31,309 nucleotides of DNA from Clostridia bacterium (GTDB taxonomy: Bacteria; Bacillota; Clostridia; Christensenellales; UBA1242): contig JAFVTB010000065.1 in the NCBI GenBank assembly GCA_017503445.1, forward strand, positions 1-31,309. Reading direction: 5' to 3'. Position numbers and translations under genes: made by a program. The notes under the pieces are model-generated. The model ran no database searches. It was given only the letters and a program-made list of their open reading frames with translations, and had not been told where the DNA came from. Positions 11,201 to 18,600 of the stretch are shown piece by piece; position 1 is the first letter of the stretch; each line of letters opens with the position of its first letter.

Positions 11201-12051
11201 GAATCTGAGATTTTGTTTTTTATGATTGTGACAACATCGTCATTACCAACCACAAATTTGTTTGCTTCGTCATAATATTTTGTTGCACTTGAAAGGATTC
11301 CACCTTTGCGAAGAAGACGAATGTCACCCGTTTCAATTTGTGGCACAATTTGGATTTGCACTTCTTGCCCGGGCATTGATGTCATTGGCGCACCGGTGGT
11401 GTAATCCAGCGGGGTTGCCGAAAGAATTATCTCGCCCTGTGCAAATTTGATATCCCCGCCATTTGCATCGGTAAGGTTTTCACCATCCGGATTTTGAAGT
11501 TTCACAAAGTTTTTGCCATTTTGATCTGCTTCAACCACAAGGGCGGCAACTTCGCGATCATTATACATGAATTGCATTTGCGGCGCTTTGCAATTTGCGG
11601 GAAGAAAATTGAAATATGATTGATTTGCAAGTGTCACACGGTTGCCATTTTCTGCCACGATATAAAGCCCAGTCTTGGCTTCAAAACTGGTGGCAGGTTC
11701 AAACACTTCAACATCAAATGTTGCGGTTTTTCCGGCTTCATAACTGAGAACTTGCACAGTGGTTTTGCCCGTTTTTATGGCCTTGATTTCAAAGAAAACT
11801 TTGTTATCTTCCGGCACACTTGAAACAACGCTGAAAAGACTGTTCACATTGCCAAGATGCACATCAGTGCTGAAAGAATTTGGTGCGTTTTCAAACTGCA
11901 AATTGAATGTTTGCGTTTCGCCCACAGCCATTTCAATTTTGTTTGTGCTTAGGGACATTGAAACATTGTCATAGTTTGGCGTGCATGCCGAAAAAGCCAG
12001 CCCACAAAAGCCAAGCATAACACATAAAATTGTCCCAAAGATTTTTTTCAT
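2296..12051 (-). CDS. Giant surface lipoprotein B, 3,251 aa: Ig-like (Big-type) stalk segments alternating with three GLUG-type beta-helix modules
   Basis: Uninterrupted 9.75-kb ORF. AAGGAG RBS at 12063-12058. Signal peptide MKKIFGTILCVMLGFCGLA-FSAC with lipobox Cys23. Many rungs such as VGGIVGTNSGTIQN, FGGVVGKNLGTITR, VAGLVGINNGFITN. Module-start motifs DGTDEAFPELISTAQEF, SSLENAIPVNNVQEF, GSVYNPILIHSAETF. No LPxTG, SLH or C-terminal TM seen. Confidence 0.9.
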   Translation of the reverse strand: MKKIFGTILCVMLGFCGLAFSACTPNYDNVSMSLSTNKIEMAVGETQTFNLQFENAPNSFSTDVHLGNVNSLFSVVSSVPEDNKVFFEIKAIKTGKTTVQVLSYEAGKTATFDVEVFEPATSFEAKTGLYIVAENGNRVTLANQSYFNFLPANCKAPQMQFMYNDREVAALVVEADQNGKNFVKLQNPDGENLTDANGGDIKFAQGEIILSATPLDYTTGAPMTSMPGQEVQIQIVPQIETGDIRLLRKGGILSSATKYYDEANKFVVGNDDVVTIIKNKISDSYLVFEVECDTPDVQMSISSNICECTEIAPNNIAELEGYASSHSNSKFFSVQGTSVGTDKIKITLRYTSNTTFGQTTYEKQLSFDVVVITSPYQINANNIAEWLEPVAIYDNTQTPYAIFVNVLDKLSSFESVKVSLATKNLAGDLLESDEYFEYLNITYKNQTKTAAFEIPFTDFANNTSILPINILAQNVFAQPIFVVLTVQPLQIEGAAPIAADVQTIVPVQIKEGIKSFTLADQYTIQQGGLTLPKTLYLDVDGGAKVFDGFEIINLESVELADFDIEYKTGDESILKITQITEHGARTKKLELVPHKTGFVQVRITAQDGFFADLEFQVVKSLSGATLSVNPSEDITQTTADANGNIAELQVAYTGENTLMFAITKKESDATLFALQSQVDKTQIADVAKVQNGIITVRVLDMTQDDEFATLSISLAKKEVSENFEIIDTQNPENNITFTVKIYVYCPIESLQFVQTKQDDAGKPVETEISGFALNRLGDVGYKYDTLAKAQCDFRVTLTNGDVIENVFSEYDGAISVMTSYGALISRGENFFINQFGDFAISGNTLLFNCNYDAALTGTFVFTITLTHHNVSHSAALSINVKTFTPLEYVGITNYQETLYLSGTNDNFTFFTYMDPLADIQKFDVVFVPSAPQYANLVNVSVNGDCSQVYVQHNSTVANGSGTLYFVPRTMFAEGDTFPTDRVQKVKVVYSDGTDEAFPELISTAQEFMTAITQTHTAAKHYLIISSIDLAGYTFENVKPLAGSISGGNANAKLVNVNLQITDKNAQSGINNFGLFPSILAGAKLNDLVIEGSINVAIENLGENKTYNIGLVAGENLGELNNISVRLENSNVALEDNATSNKIFVGGIVGTNSGTIQNGHNTHANKSAQMFNFKNTIFNLTSITTIGAFEASYAGKSVENGFGGVVGKNLGTITRAENQKSIFNNNNYTQIINISSVGFAQTGGVVGQNGAADNATACIQNQAISGTISAIANNGSGGQNVGGVAGANFAIITAATMRAQISAVDFVGGIVGLDNAPQNAQNNKVQAAKAFNVKPLLTAISSGGNIGAFCGNVLADNAYLANGNVAQCFFEIDLAQKRAPMLYHFLNGAYQMASKGAFIETTDAIAITGITETSTAQKFDKVVGVGANQLANMFIFVAENPQEQSLVNHLNTNRDIPFVFAQADSIIITSLSPEILSIDGFGKITLYKTGVATLQIQSVLDTSITNKVFINVSTAFDAMKIQTLSGDEIASGAFINVFNHSPASIKFSFTAQSILAAGDMGQIVEVQFANASEPTVNIQYEVSDYYYTTAQKYGNMIIFTSTNQTLGTNHLNSVSFTPSFEVSFIANGSNISATMTNFDTISQNIGGVEIDVLSKLGTQSISSNFADASVEPVDDLNLEIIQITDFEDDTLDFAAVKITDNIGGPQDYFKIKSQQKTQTFNPQTNTYQNVYALKIAFDYNKYSSGYEGVYYLSFTAQNGKSLTIIANLATQNIESVSLKNYYDIDTTYQIGGKESNQVSSGDYNLMEVNLYPYFADYDYIVIKNHEENYDKNNVLLMQVMMLDTQNNFVLLPGVEYLPDGIVISKDVMTSQKLLGADVARLFVRYTTVSKATVDTQAKIVVSTYKSPNQTPITENILPLNVVVKDSVFFTIDAREDADEYYLARGLTYDLSLNIYGFTEDQVKIEITHEGIATTAARVQKIDGQYQLVIAKNITYTSASQNQQGFAVEITTYAENIVDGIRYQSGRSTMKIIIVDFVILQQNLGAYNANEPLSNFDKSTLISGATGATVGLAVGNPFALANEFVFGQTIEFDETNDEIFNRVQNFEDSLSQNGGWTITAVDMADEVLGKFVQSLQITSQTNLTSNYLRIAGHTITPLRINECENTKYYLSYQGAYHYQLGQAVFGQNANAFDVSTDFVLDVYPNSSLENAIPVNNVQEFLAMSDNAHYILMEDITLPTNFAPLETAIASFDGNGHTIALPANLLFEEGDRFGLFATLNEGAVLKNITLSVPSITTIIISNNEATIAFGALVGENNGIITNCKIVGGAFAQLSVSLPNQSENAPENYVAGLVGINNGFITNSFVSVDMSAAANVSGFVGINNGKVSSSFVRESMIVNKSSNSSHKTAGFAITNGSSANSNAAISGCYVAGATSTTSIYSKTPTKSISSMPSVAGFVYSNFNSIQDCYSDILINASSICAGFVKENSGHIARAYTTSTFSIPGQVTYIFVQSNRIDGGTVGTYEDCFFLVGNVNAQANKQLFIDGLTALNDTDFANASNFENFAISSNINKTEGVWFWPAKGVESEFKTLTANLSFTFGRPELVAANLLANTQKVLDAENTTTSPETGETIYSYIETKAAAGSVYNPILIHSAETFESYLNGNAIENVVSANFRIISDIDYRDSVNISQTHKLKILGTIEGNNMEISGFSIDTREKADAKGLFSQIGQSGVVKNLVLSPYYLNTPNAKAAGTLAGALTSGKVFNILCDGFSAQSDGVKVVGQNAVGGVIGIASGSFKMQNITSSVSANASFSSALSKKQFTLFQTASNLENVSCAGGVVGIAHSGGKIVGAKFENNGSAIAEVCGLVFGVIGKNVEVKNIVQEVTENHSITPLVYGGVIAGMISGTLQNIHVLGETAPDFIKKADTSATSAIAAGGICGLLCGGTIQNANIEINLVWNIIAPQNIGGVAGDMIGGNITAVQFDGNILANASNNAYNITSISVGGIVGRLAGTIAAQTQSSITPTNAKIAFVVTQGKINLNLVNVMMIYAGGAVGQVVMVYDAADTRAQQDGTQTIFKTLPRATHTLVGVQNNMDIETTCTIYGGVLTTYVGGLVGATFADNTKLYAGEIVIFDKATENALLGNYQSLANGKINVSVVDNKSSAQLVTWFGGILGYGNAVSSHTTLIGKYDYKNKPWGVLLETSQTPANKTSPEYAGKWEDEDCTVRAEFLKTEYITLPAQTGNIQTRYTENALI

Positions 12052-12057
12052 TTTTTT

Positions 12058-12063
12058 CTCCTT
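12058..12063 (-). promoter_or_regulatory. Shine-Dalgarno (AAGGAG) of giant lipoprotein B
   Basis: Minus strand reads AAGGAG-AAAAAA-ATG (ATG at 12051). Confidence 0.8.
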
Positions 12064-12118
12064 CTCAAAGCCAAAAATTGTGTGTGATTGTAAGTTGTTT
12101 AAATTTATTCGTTTGTGT

Positions 12119-12688
12119 TTATTCAGTCGTGCTTGCAGGTTTGTATTGGAAAATTGTATAGGTTATATTTCCGGATGTGAATGTCATGCCATCGGTGTAT
12201 GGCTCTGCACTTTCAAAGATATATCCTTGGATATACACATCGCCGCTTTGCGGAACAAGATACATAAGAATGTTTGTGTCTTTTTGCCAGTGCAGGATTG
12301 CATACATTCTTTCATTGCCTGCGCCTGTCCATGTTGCAAACCAAACGGCTTTGCCTGTGTCGGCAAATTCTTGGGTATAAGTGTAGGTGCCGCGCATAAT
12401 GCTGTATTCGCCGTCCATTGGCGCATAGGTTGTGCCATTAAGGGTGATGCTTTCGCCGCTTTTCCAAACTGCCACTGTGTCACCAGAAATGATATCATCA
12501 TCAATATCCGGCGCGATTGAATCATAAGGTTCTTTATCTGGGAATGGAATTTGTGCAATCTTTGCAGCGTCGTCTGCAATTTGAATATTAAGCAGTTTAA
12601 ATGTGCTGTAATCTTCTGAAAGTTTATAATATGATTTAGTGCTGAAAATCTTGCCATCTGTGTTTGAAAGGTATATGCAAAACTTGGA
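12119..12688 (-). CDS. Giant lipoprotein A, C-terminal fragment (frame open for 189 codons; the ORF track calls only 12119-12475 from a GTG)
   Basis: After TAA at 12691-12689 the frame reads ...YLSNTDGKIFSTKSYYKLSEDYSTFKLLNIQIADDAAKIAQIPFPDKEPYDSIAPDIDDDIISGDTVAVWKSG...YKPASTTE*. There is no RBS before the GTG at 12475. Confidence 0.75.
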   Translation of the reverse strand, partial: SKFCIYLSNTDGKIFSTKSYYKLSEDYSTFKLLNIQIADDAAKIAQIPFPDKEPYDSIAPDIDDDIISGDTVAVWKSGESITLNGTTYAPMDGEYSIMRGTYTYTQEFADTGKAVWFATWTGAGNERMYAILHWQKDTNILMYLVPQSGDVYIQGYIFESAEPYTDGMTFTSGNITYTIFQYKPASTTE

Positions 12689-15600
12689 TTATTAAAATTA
12701 TCCTTTGTTGGGAAATCACATTTACTGCCACCAGCATAGTATGCTTTATAAGTTGCTAGAGAGTTTAATGTTATCCAACATTCACTTGATTGCACATTGT
12801 TTTTTAATGCTGTCCATTCGCTGGTGTTATAAAGTGGCTCAATGATTTTGCTCTCTTTGAATACTATTTCCCCACTTGATGTTATTTCAGGCACATAGTA
12901 ATAATACAAAGTTATAGGTTCGTCTTCTTTTGTTTCTTCATTATAATAAGTGCTTGGTCTTTCATAAATATGAATGTATGGACCGGTGAATGTGGTTCCT
13001 TCATTTGTTTCATTTGCCATAAAATAGAATGCTGGACAATAAATTGAAGAAGATGGCGAGTGTTGTTGAAGTTTTGTGCCTGCTGGGAAAAGAACAGTTG
13101 TTGAAGATGTGAGATGATAACTTGGATAATAACTTGCATTGTATTGTGCATAATGCATGGTTGTTGCAGCATTGCCAGTTTGAGTTGTTGAATCAGCTTT
13201 TGACCAATCTGTTGTAAGGACATAGTTACCTGCATCAGCAGAATTTGCCAAAGGTGTGAAACCATACTGGCTGCCGGTTTCATATTTATAATAATCGTTG
13301 CTTGCGTTTGCCGCACCCACAAGTTTGATGCCTTCTTTTTCTGCTTTTATCCATGCTTGGGTGCCGGCGGGATCATTTTTATAAATTTCTTCAAACAAAT
13401 TATTGATATCTTTTTTGCCGCCGTCTTCTGTATAGGTGAAGCTGTAGCCAAGTGCATAGGTTTTGTAAAGATTATCTGTATCTGTTTTATCTTCATCGGT
13501 TGTGAAAAGGTTAAATTCAACTTCGCCGCCACCGGTGATTGTGCCGCTGTTAAGGCATTTTTCAAGGGTTGATTCAGGTGACATAAATGCCGCAACACCC
13601 GCCGCATAAGCATTTTCAGTTTCTTTTGCATAATGCGCATAGGCATCATAACTGTAATATCCCCAAATGTTTTGCACATCATATCTGCTTGAACTGGTTA
13701 TAGCAAGTTGCGGTTTGGCCTTTGCGGTTACGGTGCCGCCATTTTCAACCAACTTAAAGGTTGTTTTATCGCTTGCATAACCCGCAATGCCCGCTGCATA
13801 AGCAGTTTCGGCACCTTTTGATGCCGCATTAACTTGCTGCACGCGTTTTTTCAGTTTTTCTTTGGTTTTATCTTGCTGATATTCATCATCGTTTTGAGAG
13901 TCATACCAGAAGAAATCGCGCGCAGTGAGTTTGTCTTTGCTGGCGATTGTTTTCCAGCCCGCTTGAACTATGGCGGTTGATTTGCACGCCTCTATTGTGC
14001 TGGTGCCTGAAACCTTGCCCACAACGCCGCCCGCATAAGATGCGGTTACAAGTGGCTTTTTCGCTTCATTGCCATCACCTTCGGTTGATATAATTCCGCT
14101 TATGTTGTTGTCATAATAATTATTTGTGCCGGTGATGTCTTGGCTGGCGCTGCCGGTGATTGTGATATCACTACCCAAGCCAACAATGCCGCCGGCGATA
14201 TATGTGCCGGTGATTTTTGTTACGCTTTGCACGGTGATATATGTAAAGGTTGCATCATTTGCGCTTCCCGCTACGCCGCCAACAGCAACACCGCTTGGCG
14301 CGCAAAGTTTGTCATAGGTTGCAAGTTCAGTTATATTGCCACCAATGGTGATATTGGTGAACTTGCCTTTTGCTTTACCGGCAATGCCGCCAACAAAGGC
14401 AACATCACTTGATGAAACGTTGCCTGTAAAGGTGGTGTTTGTGATTTGGCCATCATCTTCGCCAACCTTGCCCGCATCATAATCCCCAACAATGCCGCCA
14501 ACAAACAAATCGCTTCCTTTTTGTGATTTTTCAAGGTTTGCCGAAACGCTTGAGCTAATATTCACGCCAATAATGCTGAGGTCTTCACCCTTGCCCACAA
14601 GGCCGCCGGCAAAGCCGCCTGTTTTGATTTTGATTTCAAGGGTTGAGGTGCTTTCACCATCAATGGTTCCACTCATGCTTCCGGCAAAACCGCCAATATA
14701 TGATGTGGCTTTTTGTTCGACATCTTCTTTATTGCCGTCGGCATCTTCAACTTCTTTGGTTGGAATATCGCCTGTTTCAAGCGTGCCGCCGTCAATCTTG
14801 ACATTTGAAAGGGTTGAATTGTTTTCAATTTTGCCCGCAACGCCGCCTGCATAGGCAATGTTGCTTGAGTTAAATGAGGCGGTGAGATCTGGGTTTGAGA
14901 TTGTTACATTTTGAAGCGTTGAACCGGTGATATAACTTGCAACAGCGCCAATTTGTGTGCCTTCAAGCTTGATGCTTTCAATTGTTGCAGTATTAACTTC
15001 ACTGCCATCCAAATATCCTGCAAGACCACCAAGATGAATATCACTTTTTGTGTGATCGGTGATGGCAAGATTGTTTTTAACGGTTGTTACGCCACTGATA
15101 CCATTAAGCTTTGTTTGGTTTTGTGCAAAGCCCACAAGGCCACCAACTGTAAGCTCTGATGCATCTTGATTTTTTCCATCTTCCACACCAAAGATGAACT
15201 TATAAGATTGCAAATCAACATCTTTTGCATGAATTTCTGTGCCATTTGCATTGCCCACAATGCCACCAAGGTTTGACAAGCCAGCTTTTTCATTTGCGAT
15301 TGTTGCAGCAGGTGCAAAACCCTTGATTGTTGAACCCGCATCACTGCCGGCAATGCCGCCAGCAACAAGCGTGCCAACATTCTTTTGTGTGATGTTGATG
15401 CCCGTTACGGAAAGTGGGCTTTCACTTGCGCTTTCAATAACACTGTTCGCAAGCGTGCCCGCGATGCCACCAAGGCAGTTTTCTTCTGCGGTGGTTGAAT
15501 TTGATGTCAAGGTGATTATTTTTGCATTTGCCGAGAATGGAACTTGCACAGAATTATTGTTTTCATCTTCTGCATATGCTTTGCCAACACCACTTGCTGT

Positions 15601-18600
15601 GCCAAAGAAGCCACCAAAGGTGGTTTGTCCCGTGCCTGTTGATGTAAGCGATATATTATCAAGCGTGACATTGGTTGAAGAAATTGTTTGTGCATTGCCG
15701 GCAAGACCACCAAAGATTGCACTTGCACTGCCTGAGTTTGTGATTGAAATTTCACCCTTAAAGTTGATTTCGCTTGCAAACACATTGCTCACATTGCCCG
15801 CAAGGCCACCGCCAATATTTTCACCCGTGCCTGTGGCAACAATTTCAAAGCCATTTGCAAAGGTGATGCCTTTAAGCATTGTTGCATTTGTGCTTTGCAT
15901 GTTTGCAATCAGGCCACCAATGGTTGCGTTGGTTGATTTATCTGCCTGAAGCTTTGTGATTTCAAGGTTGATATTGGTGATTTTGCTGTCGTTGTCTGCA
16001 TCACTTGTTGCGCCAACCAAGCCCGCAAGCGCCACAGTGCCCGCAGCAGTTGATTTAACTACGCCGGCATCAAGTGTGATGTTGTCCAATGTTGTGCCAG
16101 AAATTTCTGTGGCAAGCCCAGCAAGGGTTTTTGCATTGATTTCAAGGGTTGAAGAATATTTGATTTCAAGGTTTGAAATGTTTGCATTTTCAACCTTTCC
16201 AAAAATTGCCCATTCAGTTCTTTCAATTGATGTTGTGAAATCTTGGATGGCATATTTGCCATCTTCGCCATACGCGCCAGAAAGTGTGCCCTTGAAGTTT
16301 GCAATTGGCGCCCAATCAATAACTGCAAAGTTTTTGTTGAACTGCTTATAGGTTTGTGCTTTCATTGTGGTAAACATTGATTTCATATCGTCCGTCACGG
16401 CCATATCGCAAATCAGTTGATAGTGCAAATTGTTTGTTGCAGCATCAGAAATTTGTTGAAGTTTGCCCACACTGCCGATAAACATTGGGTCATCTTCTGC
16501 GCCTGTTCCGGTTGCAATGCCGCGCATATAATCAAGGTTTGCATATGCGCTTGCTGCAAAGGTTGGATATCCAAAGTTTTCGCCAACAACATATGCAAAT
16601 TTTTTATCAGATTGCGCATTTTCAAACAACAGTTTTTTGTTTTCTGCGGTGTCAAGAACGCTGAAAGTTTTTGTGTCGGTGGTTTCGGTGGCAGATGATT
16701 TTTTGCCAACGGAATAAAGGTCATAGAAACTGTCAACAACGGTTTGGTTTGTGCCAAACACGCCCGCGGTGGCAGGTGAAGCCGTGTATGAAGAATACAC
16801 CGCGCCATCGCCCTGCGTGAACGCAAAGCCGCCATCAACATTGCCAACGGAATAAGTGCTGATGATGTTGCCGGAATTATATCCCGCAACACCGCCCGCA
16901 TTGCCGTTTGCGGTGATGTTGATTGCACTGAAGCTGTCCATAATCACACCGGTGTTATAACCCACAATTCCACCAACATATGCGCTGCCGGTGTGGGCCA
17001 AACTGGTGTGTTCGTGTGCAGAAATATTTGTGGTTTTCACCGCACACGCAAACACAAACCCATTGTTGATGTTTGCCACTGTGCCAACGGCGCTGGCGTT
17101 AAGATCTGATGATGTGGTTGGGGTGAGTTTTTCAATTGATGGAACAAGCGAAAGCCCTGAAATTGCACTTTTTTCATCAATGCTTGCAAAAAGCGTGCTG
17201 TGCGTGATGATTTGATGTCCATCACCCATAAGGTGTGCAAGCTTTCCATCAAGCGGGGTGATGTTTTGATCGTATGTGAATGGCCCTGTGATAAGCCCAA
17301 CAACTTTTTTGGTTTTTTCTGCCGCAAAGATTTCTGCCGCGTTTTGCATATCAGCCATTGAATCAATTTCAATTGGGTTCAGTTTTGTGCCTTCTTCAGG
17401 TTCGCCAAAAAGTGTGGCAATATATGGTTCAAGCAAATCAAGGATTGAAAACTGTGAAGCTTGTGTGGTTTGTTTGTAATAAAGATTTGTTGCGCCAATG
17501 CCATCGTTGAAATCAAGACAAAGCGACATTTGATGTGCATAGAAATTGCTTTCACTAGCAGCCGCTTTTGCGCCGTTTGCCTGGCCAACAAGGGCATTTA
17601 TATGCACGCCATCAAGCCCAGAAGCCGTTTTGCTTGCAAGCGAAACAAGACTTGTGTTGTTTGAAAGGGTTGTGCGATCGCTGCCCAAGCCAACAAGCCC
17701 ACCAACATAAACCTTAACGCCAAGCCCGTTTTGCGCATAATAATCATGCAACACATTGATGTCGCCAAGTGCCAAACAGTTTGAAAGCGTGACATTCGGT
17801 GCGGTGATTGAAGCTGCAGATTTACTGTTGCCAAGGATGCCGCCAATCCATGCATCACCTGTCATTTTGGAAAGGGTGATTTCCCCGTCGAAAACGGCAT
17901 TTTGAATAAGCGATTGCGAAAGGATGTTGGTGTCTGCCTTCAAGGCGCCAAGGATGCCGCCCGCGGCAATATTTTCACCAGAAACAATGATTTGCCCCGT
18001 ATATTTTGTGCCAAAGTTTTCATCGCCAAGCACAAGCGCGCCGCTTGTGGCGGTATAAGCGCCCAAGATGCCCCCAACAAACGCGTTTTGGCCAACAAAT
18101 TTCAAGTTTGTGTTTGAAACGGTGTTTGCAATTTCAATGCTTGAATTCAGTGTGCCAACAAGCCCACCAAGGTTTGTTTCAAGCGTGCCTTTTGCATTGA
18201 TTTCGCCAAAAGTTTCAAGGTTTTCAATTTTTGAAAGGTTTGCCGCAAGCCCAACAAGCCCGCCCGCATTTATTGTTTTTGCAACAAAGTTTGTACCAAC
18301 ATCGGTTGCAGCAAACTTGGTTGCACCTGTGGTTGTGTTTTGGATGCTTGCCGTGGTTTCAACCTTGCCAATAATTCCACCAAGGTTTGCCTGTGAAATG
18401 CTTGCAAAATTGCCAAGTGCATCACCCGTTTGATTGATGCCGCCAACCACTTGAAGTTTTTGGGTTTGTACCGTGCGTGCAAATGCCACTTTCATTGTGT
18501 TCACCTTGCCAAACAAAAGCCCCGCGTTGAATGTTTTTACATTTCCGCTTCCTGAAAGCGTCAGCACAGTGCCTTTTGGGTTTTGTGCGGTGGATGCGCC

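Noticed and set aside
11981-12520. Plus-strand ORFs such as 602-1090, 2948-3331, 10234-10797, 11981-12520, 14492-14854 and 15239-15949
   Set aside because: They are antisense shadows of strongly supported minus-strand genes (the 'MPP' peptides mirror GGI/GGL rungs), with no RBS or recognisable motifs.
12475-12520. Independent 118-aa gene starting at GTG 12475
   Set aside because: No RBS, and the frame is open and protein-like for 71 more codons upstream. It is better explained as the end of giant A.
12119-13550. Diversity-generating retroelement target at the C-terminus of giant A
   Set aside because: No reverse transcriptase gene and no near-identical template/variable repeat pair visible in the window.
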